From IMG/VR virus record IMGVR_UViG_2617270966_000008: DNA of 12,417 nucleotides. One strand, written 5' to 3'. The position numbers and the translations under genes are program-made. Source of the stretch: a virus (lineage: Duplodnaviria; Heunggongvirae; Uroviricota; Caudoviricetes). The notes below the pieces were generated by a model. It saw only the letters and a program-made list of their open reading frames with translations. It was not told where the DNA came from and did not search any database. Numbering within the stretch: position 1 is the first letter of the stretch; every line of letters starts with the position of its first letter. Shown piece by piece: positions 1 to 7,481 of the stretch.

Positions 1-207
1 GGTTGCCCGGCATCCAACGCCATTCATGGCCATATCAATGATTTTCTGGTGCGTACCGGGTTGAGAAGCGGTGTAAGTGAACTGCAGTTGCCATGTTTTA
101 CGGCAGTGAGAGCAGAGATAGCGCTGATGTCCGGCAGTGCTTTTGCCGTTACGCACCACCCCGTCAGTAGCTGAACAGGAGGGACAGCTGATAGAAACAG
201 AAGCCAC
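1..207 (-). CDS. insA: IS1 InsA (partial; 69 N-terminal codons, 3' end off-window)
   Basis: Minus-strand frame open from 207 to the window edge, GTG start at 205-207. Translation (M)[68 protein letters not shown] matches InsA as recalled. Absent from the ORF track because it has no stop in the window. Confidence 0.85.
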   Translation of the reverse strand, partial: MASVSISCPSCSATDGVVRNGKSTAGHQRYLCSHCRKTWQLQFTYTASQPGTHQKIIDMAMNGVGCRAT

Positions 208-262
208 TGGAGCACCTCAAAAACACCATCATACACTAAATCAGTAAGTTGGCAGCATCACC
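1..262 (-). mobile_element. IS1 insertion sequence, left-end portion (terminal inverted repeat plus 5' part of insA); rest of element lies beyond window start
   Basis: Reverse complement of 240-262 reads GGTGATGCTGCCAACTTACTGAT, which matches the IS1 terminal inverted repeat as I recall it. The adjoining minus-strand frame encodes the InsA N-terminus. Element boundary at 262/263. Confidence 0.9.
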
Positions 263-356
263 TAAAACCGGCGGCAATGGACGACCAGGTCACATCTTCA
301 TGATTATTAGCCGCCCATGCCCCCCAACGCTCAAGAACCATCTGAATATCACGCAT
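263..356 (-). pseudogene. Q-like late antiterminator gene truncated by the IS1 insertion (31 native codons remain)
   Basis: ATG at 354-356 (minus) preceded by GGAG at 364-367. Encodes [31 protein letters not shown], then runs into the IS1 end and stops at once (AGG TGA). The peptide matches my recollection of the N-terminus of Qin/DLP12/933W-type Q antiterminators; not verified. Confidence 0.5.
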
Positions 357-373
357 CAACTTACTCCACAAAA

Positions 374-1423
374 TTAGGCCAGCACACCAATTGCCAGCGC
401 GCGATCGATAAATCGAAAAATCAGCTCCAGTTGGGAGCCATACTTCTCTTCAAATGCCACGGTATCCGTATGCAACTCGTCGTGATGCTTTCTGCACAAA
501 GGCAACACAAAGAGATCATGTGCTTTGGTTCCCATTCCGCCCTGCCCGTGACCAATCAGATGATGCGGATCGTCGGCTGGCATACCGCAGCAAGCACACG
601 GCTGTGTCTTAACCCAGCGTGTGTATTTCTCCTTAACCCAACGGTGACGTTTAGGCAGCTTCATGAAAGATTCCGGAGACTCTGGATCAACGGTGATGCT
701 TACCACCGTCTTTTCCTGTGATGGGTTTTGTTGCTGGTGGGCGTGAGGCAACGGTGCAAGATTTTTTGTGCGCTGTTTCAATATGCTGGTGGCGGTCTGC
801 TCTCCCGGTACGATGTCGCTTTCGCGGTACACCGAGCAGTTTTTTTCCGCTGGTAATCCCAGCGAGCGACGTAATACCACTTCCGGTAGCGCGTCCGCCA
901 CCTGATTGCGGACCGCCCACCAGGATAATTCAGCCAGAGATAATTCACGCTCCTGCGTACCGCTTATTGCGTGACCGATGACGTCAATCATCCATGCTGA
1001 CAGGTTTTGATGAGCAAGTTGCTCGAGTGATTCGGATGTCTGGTCACGCAGCTGGTTGTCGCAGTGCCAGCACAACACCATTGCGCCGGTACCATAACGG
1101 TGAATAACGGTTTCGCTGTGATGATAATCGCCGTGTGGCCACTGGCAGGATTTAATATGGCGCAACAGCCAGTCAGACAATGCACCAGCACCACCAGCAG
1201 CACGAATTACCCGTGCGTTACTGAAAAACGGCAGCAATGTTTTGTCTTCCACCAGCGGCTGGCGAACGGCAGGAACGACCCCGGACGGCAGATTACGCAT
1301 GCTTTTCGGTTCCGGCTCCACCAGTACCCGGGTATTGTGGAATACCGGCATGGATTCACGGCCCGGCTTAACGACCACCAGCCCGAGTTCCGGTACCAGA
1401 ACAGGTCGAAGTAATACCCGCAC
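374..1423 (-). CDS. ydfU: DUF968-family prophage protein (YdfU-like), 349 aa, with HNH-like Cys/His motifs
   Basis: Long minus ORF. GTG start at 1421-1423 preceded by GGAGG at about 5-nt spacing. C-terminal motif CACCG...[10 protein letters not shown]...[11 protein letters not shown]. Length and position (just upstream of Q) match Qin ydfU as recalled. Confidence 0.7.
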   Translation of the reverse strand: MRVLLRPVLVPELGLVVVKPGRESMPVFHNTRVLVEPEPKSMRNLPSGVVPAVRQPLVEDKTLLPFFSNARVIRAAGGAGALSDWLLRHIKSCQWPHGDYHHSETVIHRYGTGAMVLCWHCDNQLRDQTSESLEQLAHQNLSAWMIDVIGHAISGTQERELSLAELSWWAVRNQVADALPEVVLRRSLGLPAEKNCSVYRESDIVPGEQTATSILKQRTKNLAPLPHAHQQQNPSQEKTVVSITVDPESPESFMKLPKRHRWVKEKYTRWVKTQPCACCGMPADDPHHLIGHGQGGMGTKAHDLFVLPLCRKHHDELHTDTVAFEEKYGSQLELIFRFIDRALAIGVLA

Positions 1424-1424
1424 G

Positions 1425-1703
1425 TTACCTCCAGATGCGTTGCTGGAATGTACGGGACGGACGCGGTGGGCGTTCGGAGTAAGGCAATCTGACTGAGATT
1501 ATCCAGTGACGGTAGTCGAGACTAAGAGCTTTCTTAACCTCGTATCCGCGCCTGCGGTAACACTGAATTATCCATTCAGCCTGCTCTTCAGTGCATGGAG
1601 GGTGCTGGAACCATTCAGACTTGAATGCGTGAGAATACCGCTCGTGCGTGCAGGCAAGAACGGGCGAATTATCAGAATTGTAATATTTTACGTTGCGTGC
1701 CAT
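1425..1703 (-). CDS. hypothetical prophage protein, 92 aa
   Basis: ATG at 1701-1703 with GGAGA RBS upstream. Its stop lies 1 nt before the GTG of the next gene (TAACGTG), suggesting translational coupling. No family recognised. Confidence 0.55.
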   Translation of the reverse strand: MARNVKYYNSDNSPVLACTHERYSHAFKSEWFQHPPCTEEQAEWIIQCYRRRGYEVKKALSLDYRHWIISVRLPYSERPPRPSRTFQQRIWR

Positions 1704-1769
1704 CGGTTTTCTCCGGTGGCACGGTGTTACTCAGCGGGAGTTCAGCCCCGCGCAAGATTGTAGATGAGT

Positions 1770-2021
1770 TTATTCTTCTGCAAAAGCTGAAAAGCCTGCT
1801 TTTATTCCGATCTCTTTCAGTGCCTGTAATGAAGTGACAAACTCACCTTCGCGCAAGATAAATCCGTCTGTCACTCGACCATCCACAAAATTAATTAACG
1901 CAGCCCCATTCTTTCGCAAACACATAATGCGGTAATGACTAACAAGATTTCCATTTTCAACGCACACAGCATAGAGGCCATCTTCACAAAAAATTTTACG
2001 CAGTTCTTCGATGTTCATCAT
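1770..2021 (-). CDS. rem: Rem-like small prophage protein, 83 aa
   Basis: ATG-ATG start at 2016-2021 with GGAAGGA RBS. Length and position (between hok and the ydfU-like gene) match Qin rem as recalled; sequence identity not verified. Confidence 0.55.
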   Translation of the reverse strand: MMNIEELRKIFCEDGLYAVCVENGNLVSHYRIMCLRKNGAALINFVDGRVTDGFILREGEFVTSLQALKEIGIKAGFSAFAEE

Positions 2022-2089
2022 CAGAATCCTTCCGGATAATTAGCTCTCCCCTTTAAGGGACCATCCCTCTTATCCCTGCGCGCTACTTA

Positions 2090-2119
2090 AGTATTTTTGA
2101 TTCTATTCCGGCACCGTCC
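2090..2119 (-). promoter_or_regulatory. candidate sigma70 promoter for the rem block (minus strand: TTGAAG, 18-nt spacer, TAGAAT)
   Basis: Hexamers read on the minus strand between the upstream terminator and the rem RBS. Pattern match only. Confidence 0.3.
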
Positions 2120-2137
2120 AGAACTTCAAACGCGTTG

Positions 2138-2167
2138 AAAATAAAAACAAAAACCCGCCGAAGCGGG
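2138..2167 (-). terminator. Rho-independent terminator downstream of hok (minus strand)
   Basis: Minus-strand RNA AACCCGC-UUCG-GCGGGUU followed by UUUUUGUUUUUAUUUU, about 70 nt after the hok stop. Confidence 0.65.
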
Positions 2168-2237
2168 TTAAGTGCGGGTGCGTTGAGGATGCCTGCCACA
2201 TCAGAGGTGGCGAGGGGTTTCTCCCTCGCCGGGTCTC

Positions 2238-2393
2238 TTACTCCTCAGGTTCGTAAGCTGTGAAGACAGCGACCTCCGTCTGGCCGGTTCGGATTCGTAC
2301 CTCGCAGAGGTCTTTCCTCGTTACCAGTGCCGTCACTATGACGGTTAAACAGATGACGATCAGGGCGATTAACATCGCCTTTTGCTGCTTCAT
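2238..2393 (-). CDS. hokD: Hok-family type I toxin (HokD/RelF-like), 51 aa
   Basis: MKQQKAMLIALIVICLTVIVTALVTRKDLCEVRIRTGQTEVAVFTAYEPEE: single TM segment then the LTRK-LCE-R-G-EV-A-YE Hok signature. ATG at 2391-2393 with AAGGAG RBS. The track's 70-aa ORF is an in-frame upstream extension from an ATG at 2448-2450. Confidence 0.85.
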   Translation of the reverse strand: MKQQKAMLIALIVICLTVIVTALVTRKDLCEVRIRTGQTEVAVFTAYEPEE

Positions 2394-2604
2394 AGCCTGC
2401 TTCTCCTTGCCTTCCGGCACGTAAGAGGCTAACCTACATGTGTCTAGCATGAAATTGGCCTCAGATTAATGTTAAGCGTCTTGCAGGACGCGTAATGTTA
2501 ACTGGGGCTTTTCTCTATCTGCCTTTGGTGTTCATGCCCGAGGCAGATAGCCTCAAGCACCCGCAGGCATTCTACTTAACTCCCGTTACCTCGCCAATAT
2601 GCAA

Positions 2605-2694
2605 TCAGTCAGAAAGGCGATCCATAAGAACAATGGCAAGAAAATAAATCGCCATTACAGCCGCAATAGCCAGCGCACATTTGAGAACCAGCAC
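2605..2694 (-). CDS. candidate small hydrophobic peptide, 29 aa (MLVLKCALAIAAVMAIYFLAIVLMDRLSD)
   Basis: Below the ORF-track size cut-off. GTG at 2692-2694 sits 5 nt after a perfect AGGAGG (2700-2705). Predicted single TM helix with a charged C-terminus. In-frame stop upstream at 2749-2751, no ATG alternative. Confidence 0.3.
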   Translation of the reverse strand: MLVLKCALAIAAVMAIYFLAIVLMDRLSD

Positions 2695-3052
2695 CACAAC
2701 CTCCTGTATTGGACGTACACCAGTCCTGATAAATATGAGGCTGTCTCGTCAGTGATTCAATGCAACTATTAGATATAGTTTCTCTGATTTTGTTCTGTGG
2801 AAATGAAAAACAGCAACCAGTCACCACCAGCACTTCTTTAAATATGCAAAGTCCGATAACAAGCTAACCTTCTAGTCCGCTTTTATTTAGCGAGAAGCGG
2901 ACATTTACTATTCATACCTGTTTAGCTCCACTCTCTTTTGAGTGTTCCGATTGTCCGTACATCATTGAGTGCTCATCCGGTGTGTTTGAGAGGTGCATTC
3001 CAGATCCGAATAGCACCTCGCTTACCATAAAAAACTCTTAATACTCTTTTTC

Positions 3053-5449
3053 CTAAGATAACCTTGGTGGTTCGCCAATGCTTTTTAACAAGGAATTGTA
3101 TTGATGCGGATCTGACGCATAAATCTTGTCTAACACGTAGTTGGCTACCTTGGAAATTTCTGGAATCTCCACAGGTTTGAATCCGCGATCAGGAATTGAT
3201 TCGAGATGTGAAAACTCGTTGTTAAGTCTATTCACAAGAGCTATCGCTGTTGAATCCTCTTCGCCAAAGAATTTCTTGATCCGTTCAAAGGCATCGTTCT
3301 TGTCATCATGGTGCGGGAACTTAAAGAACAGAAATGCCTCAAGGAACTTGCGGAGGTTGTTACCGAATCCATAGTATGGTTCATGAGATTCATTCGCTCC
3401 AACTTGATTACGGCACTTGTAAATCTGATGAAACAGGTAGTTGAATTCAGTGATGTAGTCTCGCAAATATGAAGGCATCAGGGAAATCTGACTTGTCCCT
3501 CCATTTCTCTCAACGATTAAATGTTGGCATCCACCATGATTCCTTTCATTAGGAAGTGATATTTTCTTCAGATATTTCAAGAAATCTAGGTTGTGGGTGG
3601 ATATAAAAAGCTGCTTATAGCGATAGCTGTTTGTTCCATCTAAATTCTTAATGGGTTTCGCAATCAGGCTTTCAATCAAGCTGAACATGAAGAAAATGTG
3701 ATTTCCGTCAAGACTGGAAATCGGGTCATCTATATAAATGATCAGATCCTTACCTTTGCTTTCAGGCTCTTCCAACTTGGCCATGAAGTAGCAGAAAGCA
3801 ATCAGGCTGCATTCTCCTTCGCTCAAGTTGTAGGCTGATTTGCCATCTCTGGTGACTTCAAACTTAACCGAAGTATTCTCAACATTGTCTTTTGCTTCAA
3901 GTTCGATGCCGTCATGACCAAAAAAGTGGCTGAGCAACTCATTGACTCGCTCCGCGCCCTTGCGTTCATCCTTCTGCTGCCCCTGTAAACGGGTCACTTC
4001 GGTTTCTTGTTCAAAAATTTCAGCTTCAGTTTCGGTAAAGGCAGTGTTGGCTGTGTTAGCATCTGACTTAAGACTGGCAATACGGGCGAATTCATTATCG
4101 TAGGTGATGTCTGCGATAAAAGACGCCACATCGGTAAGCCGGAGAGATTCTCGTGCAGTGCTTTTATCGTTCTCCAGCGAAATTGTGCGGTCATTATTTT
4201 TGACGATCAGAGCATTGATGTCGCCCACACATTGCTGAATTGCTGTCGGATTATGAATATAGACAGGCATGAGAACCTGCTGAAAAATAGCGTTCTTTCT
4301 CTTATCCAACGCCGCCTGCAGAGCTTTGAGGTCCTGCATGTAGTCTTTCAGATGTTCAGAAAGTTCTATCTTGCTGTTTTCAAATAATATTTTCTCTTCT
4401 GCGTAGAATTTATCGCCAGTCAAAGTCAAGAAGTTAGGAATGGCTTGGATTTCGGTGGTGATAGAAGTCAGACATGAATCGATACTTGACTCCAGAGCCG
4501 AGGATTCCTTACTGAAGTGAGAGCCTAATACCTGCCAGATATCATGAGGAAGATTCTGACGACAGAATGCGCAAGTGTCCCGCTTATCTTTGTGCAGCGG
4601 TATACCTTCCTTCACCCACATCTGGAGAGCCGTCTCATTCAACAACTCCTGAATTGGCAGGGTAGGCTCAATCAATCTTAAAAGGAGTTCTTCAGCTTCT
4701 TTGCTTATTGATTCGATGTTGAGGTTTATCGATACGGTATCGTTAATATCAGGCAAGGCCTCTTGCTTCAAGAGATTGACCTTGGCTGCTTGTTCTTCGG
4801 TTGTCAGAGCCCTGAAGCCAGGTTTTTTGACTAAACCAATGTCTTTTTTGATGCTTTCTATGTTGTAGACAGCAGGGCCGTAGATGCGATTCTGTTTAAT
4901 CTTATTGTTAGCATGAGAACGAAGTTTGCCCTCTAGAGCATCAGACGCAGTTTTATGATTGTCTTTGGTTCGATCTCGCTCTTTCTTTTTAGCTTCAAGC
5001 TCATGTCGGAGACCCGCCTTCGATTCAACACTGCCTAACCTAGTTTGAATTGCGGTAATGGCATCTTCGATTTCTTTATTCTTTTCACCAACGATAGCAA
5101 ACGTCTTGATCTCGCCGTCGGTCTGATTGACCAAGAAGTTTAGGTTATCGCTCACAAAATCCCGGTTGTAGACGCGAACATCGTAGCCATGACCAGCAAG
5201 ACCTACCTGTGTCACATCACCTTTGTCACCACGAATAGTAAAATTTGGGTCCACGTAGTTATGTGGAATGCGCCCCGTTTCCAAAGCGCGGAAAATTCGT
5301 GAGAGTGTAGTTTTACCAGAGTAGTTCCGTCCGTAGAGGATGTTAAGCCTCTTGAAATTCTGGACATTGTTACCTGCATCCTTAAGGCTATTTTTCCAAC
5401 TGAGGTCCGTAAAACTACCGAAACTACCGATGTCAACCTGACTAAACAT
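3053..5449 (-). CDS. Rad50/SMC-like ABC ATPase with internal coiled coil, CxxC zinc hook and C-terminal effector domain; RloC/PrrC-like (AAA_13-type) putative anticodon nuclease / anti-phage protein
   Basis: Residue numbers follow the 800-aa track ORF. Walker A GRNYSGKTT (42-50); long K/E/L-rich region with C295-x2-C298; C-terminal ABC signature-like LSEGE, Walker B LIIYIDDP, D-loop SSLD, H-loop ISTHN; then a roughly 170-aa domain with RKFLE...FPHH and RNHGGCQH motifs. Probable start is the ATG at 5447-5449 (GGAAG RBS), two codons inside the track's GTG. Gene looks AT-richer than its neighbours by eye. Confidence 0.8.
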   Translation of the reverse strand: MFSQVDIGSFGSFTDLSWKNSLKDAGNNVQNFKRLNILYGRNYSGKTTLSRIFRALETGRIPHNYVDPNFTIRGDKGDVTQVGLAGHGYDVRVYNRDFVSDNLNFLVNQTDGEIKTFAIVGEKNKEIEDAITAIQTRLGSVESKAGLRHELEAKKKERDRTKDNHKTASDALEGKLRSHANNKIKQNRIYGPAVYNIESIKKDIGLVKKPGFRALTTEEQAAKVNLLKQEALPDINDTVSINLNIESISKEAEELLLRLIEPTLPIQELLNETALQMWVKEGIPLHKDKRDTCAFCRQNLPHDIWQVLGSHFSKESSALESSIDSCLTSITTEIQAIPNFLTLTGDKFYAEEKILFENSKIELSEHLKDYMQDLKALQAALDKRKNAIFQQVLMPVYIHNPTAIQQCVGDINALIVKNNDRTISLENDKSTARESLRLTDVASFIADITYDNEFARIASLKSDANTANTAFTETEAEIFEQETEVTRLQGQQKDERKGAERVNELLSHFFGHDGIELEAKDNVENTSVKFEVTRDGKSAYNLSEGECSLIAFCYFMAKLEEPESKGKDLIIYIDDPISSLDGNHIFFMFSLIESLIAKPIKNLDGTNSYRYKQLFISTHNLDFLKYLKKISLPNERNHGGCQHLIVERNGGTSQISLMPSYLRDYITEFNYLFHQIYKCRNQVGANESHEPYYGFGNNLRKFLEAFLFFKFPHHDDKNDAFERIKKFFGEEDSTAIALVNRLNNEFSHLESIPDRGFKPVEIPEISKVANYVLDKIYASDPHQYNSLLKSIGEPPRLS

Positions 5450-5468
5450 GAACACTTCCGTCGCGCTG

Positions 5469-5496
5469 GCTATAGATTGTCAATTTGCAATTGAAA
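5469..5496 (-). promoter_or_regulatory. candidate promoter for the RloC-like gene (minus strand: TTTCAA, 16-nt spacer, TATAGC)
   Basis: Hexamers read in the 89-nt gap upstream of the ATPase gene. Pattern match only. Confidence 0.3.
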
Positions 5497-5544
5497 CAGA
5501 TTGTTAACCCAGTCTACTCTGAGTTTAAGGAATGTTTAAATAGG

Positions 5545-5973
5545 TTATTGATACTTCAATAAATATCGAACATTTCCCTGATAAAAAGACAATATACGCT
5601 GCATAACTTCGCTTTTACGGCACTCACTACAAATTATATTATGATGTCTGTCGTAACGACGTATTTCTCCGTCAGCTAATGACCAGATAAGGTCTGGATC
5701 AACCGCAGCGGGTTTCTTCACCTTTGCCCTCGAGAGTTTTTTGCGGGCGTTTTGCCAGTCCTTACGGGCCTGTTCAGACGGGAATAACCCGTAACCAGAG
5801 TTGTATACATCGCCACTGGCAACCAGCTCTCTGGCAAGAGCGCTCATCAGATATCTTGTCGCACCTGTCTTGGCTTCCAGTTGCCGTAACGTCTCACGAC
5901 CGCTCTGGCGCACGAGTTCCACCACCTGCCCTTTAATTTTTTCCCGCTCTTCTTGTGTAAAAACTTTTGCCAC
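5545..5973 (-). CDS. hypothetical protein, 142 aa, possible HTH-like N-terminus and C-terminal Cys pair
   Basis: GTG start at 5971-5973 preceded by AAGGGGGA RBS. No family recognised. Lies between the O-like replication gene and the ATPase gene. Confidence 0.65.
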   Translation of the reverse strand: MAKVFTQEEREKIKGQVVELVRQSGRETLRQLEAKTGATRYLMSALARELVASGDVYNSGYGLFPSEQARKDWQNARKKLSRAKVKKPAAVDPDLIWSLADGEIRRYDRHHNIICSECRKSEVMQRILSFYQGNVRYLLKYQ

Positions 5974-6013
5974 AAGTCCCCCTTAAAATTACCTCATGAC
6001 CTGAAATCAACAC

Positions 6014-6979
6014 TTATCCCCTGAAACCAGGCGGAATTTCGGTATCCGGTTCAGAAATATGATTCACACAACGCTTTATTGGCGAACGCCCCAGGCGAAT
6101 AACCAGCTCATCCCATTTTTCGCGAAGCTTTGACGGACTCATGATGTTTTTGACCCAGAATGGATCTCGCTGTACCCGACCAAACATTTCGCAAATTTGT
6201 CTGTGGCTTCTGCCATCCAGCATCCGCATTGTGCGCACGTCATTGGCCCAGGCAGTCCAGTTAGGCTCTTTTGGTCGCATGATCTCGCCATCATCACTGG
6301 CGGCCTGTTCGTAGAGACCCACGATCCGCCCCCAGATCCACTGCGCACACGCCAAATCCTCCCTGCTACCCCACTGCCGTTTTTTCGCACTAAACACAAC
6401 TGCGTCAGGGTGCCGGATTAAAAAATCCTGTTCAGCCGTCTGCTGGTCCGGTTGCAAAGCTTCCGGACGAAAAGTGTTTTTATTCTCTGTAGTAATCTCT
6501 GTTGTATTCTCTGTAGGATCATCGGGCCATTTTGACCCGATGACATTGGGTCGTTTTGAACCAATGGAGCGTTTCATTTTGACCTCTTCCATCATGTCAT
6601 TTTGACCTGATGGAGCGACGCATTTTGAACTGATGGATTCGCTCAATTTGCCACCATCTAAAAGATCGCTCCCATAGTTGATCGTGTAGAAATTGGTCAT
6701 GTCGCGCTTTGATTTATTGAGCTTTTCGCAACGCAAAAGCCCCAGCGTTTTCAGACTTGCAAACGCGCGCTTTAACGTTGACTCTGACCAGAACGGGAAC
6801 TGCGCCAGCCATTGTTCCGTTGTGTTGTAAATCCAGCGAACACCATCACATTCCATGCCGGAATTGGTATCTCTCAACCAGTAATGCAGTTGCTGCAACA
6901 CAATGGCTTCGTTTAAGCCAATCTTCATCGCAAGCTGTGTGTTTATAACCAGTGGGCGTTCAGCAAAAAGAAGGCTCAT
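6014..6979 (-). CDS. lambda-O-like replication initiator (replisome organiser); origin iterons lie inside the gene
   Basis: Open frame to 7033 (TTG), but the ATG at 6977-6979 with a weak GGATGG RBS is the likelier start (321 aa). N-terminal winged-helix-like region, central T/E/N-rich linker encoded by the repeat region, conserved-looking C-terminal domain. Iteron array inside the gene supports the call. Confidence 0.7.
   Translation of the reverse strand: MSLLFAERPLVINTQLAMKIGLNEAIVLQQLHYWLRDTNSGMECDGVRWIYNTTEQWLAQFPFWSESTLKRAFASLKTLGLLRCEKLNKSKRDMTNFYTINYGSDLLDGGKLSESISSKCVAPSGQNDMMEEVKMKRSIGSKRPNVIGSKWPDDPTENTTEITTENKNTFRPEALQPDQQTAEQDFLIRHPDAVVFSAKKRQWGSREDLACAQWIWGRIVGLYEQAASDDGEIMRPKEPNWTAWANDVRTMRMLDGRSHRQICEMFGRVQRDPFWVKNIMSPSKLREKWDELVIRLGRSPIKRCVNHISEPDTEIPPGFRG
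6481..6665. repeat. putative replication origin: three tandem 12-mers (6481-6516) followed by about five iterons of consensus ATTTTGACC-GATGG at 23-24-bp spacing
   Basis: TATTCTCTGTAG / TAATCTCTGTTG / TATTCTCTGTAG in tandem. TTTTGA cores start at 6540, 6564, 6587, 6610 and 6633, with a degenerate sixth near 6655. Arrangement mirrors ori-lambda inside gene O. Confidence 0.6.
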
Positions 6980-7481
6980 AATTCCATCCAGCTTTTTGTT
7001 GGTATTGCTGTCGATACGCAAGCTTGAAAGCAATTGCTTTTTCTATAAGTTCGTCAGTTTCACGATCTACAACGGCAGGATCTGCAAAAAGCAGTCCGGA
7101 CTCCACCACATCGCCATATTCTTTATTTAACCCAGCGATCATGTACGTAATGCTCTTTCCGTCACTAATTTCACGATACAACCTGAAATCACTAATCCGG
7201 ATAGCCTCCATAATTGCAGGCACTAGCGCTGTGAACTTTTCACGCTTATCCCTGGTGTCGATAGCCTTCCAGCGTTCAAATATCTTCACTCGATTAACGC
7301 TAAGCGCTCGCTGATCAACCGCGCCACCTTCATATGTGACACGCTGAACATCGATGTTCGGGCGCTCTTTCAAAGCCCAGAATGCTTCAGTGATTAATAT
7401 CGTCGCCTGCTCCTGTGTCATTCCTGGTCGACATATCCAGGCATCCAGAGCCTCACGAGCCTGTTCAGGAGTGATTTTCAT
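6960..7481 (-). CDS. hypothetical early protein, 173 aa (occupies the cII/YdaT-like position after the cro-like gene)
   Basis: ATG at 7479-7481; overlaps the dicC stop by 17 nt and the O-like gene start by about 20 nt. No family recognised. Confidence 0.65.
   Translation of the reverse strand: MKITPEQAREALDAWICRPGMTQEQATILITEAFWALKERPNIDVQRVTYEGGAVDQRALSVNRVKIFERWKAIDTRDKREKFTALVPAIMEAIRISDFRLYREISDGKSITYMIAGLNKEYGDVVESGLLFADPAVVDRETDELIEKAIAFKLAYRQQYQQKAGWNYEPSFC

Noticed and set aside
24-236. 70-aa minus-strand ORF from the track
   Set aside because: Lies inside IS1 in a different frame from insA and starts within the terminal inverted repeat; an alternative-frame artefact of the IS element.
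317-721. 134-aa plus-strand ORF
   Set aside because: Antisense to the 3' part of the ydfU-like gene and spans the truncated Q start; no RBS noted; shadow ORF.
687-1496. Cluster of track ORFs (687-920, 718-981, 988-1203, 1064-1414, 1242-1496)
   Set aside because: All fall within or antisense to the 349-aa DUF968 gene and give Arg/Pro/Gly-rich or low-complexity products; the long minus frame with a GGAGG RBS is the better explanation.
1506-1837. Plus-strand ORFs 1506-1763 and 1625-1837
   Set aside because: Antisense to the 92-aa and Rem-like genes, which have proper RBSs and operon polarity.
2609-2833. 74-aa minus ORF rich in Cys and Gly
   Set aside because: GTG start without an RBS and a low-complexity product; the overlapping 29-codon frame with a perfect RBS is more plausible.
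3141-5436. Short ORFs inside the ATPase gene (3141-3374 plus; 3994-4194 and 5212-5436 minus)
   Set aside because: Embedded within a long, motif-rich coding frame; alternative-frame artefacts.
5724-5986. Plus-strand ORFs 5724-5936 and 5801-5986
   Set aside because: Antisense to the 142-aa gene; Ser/Arg/Pro-rich products.
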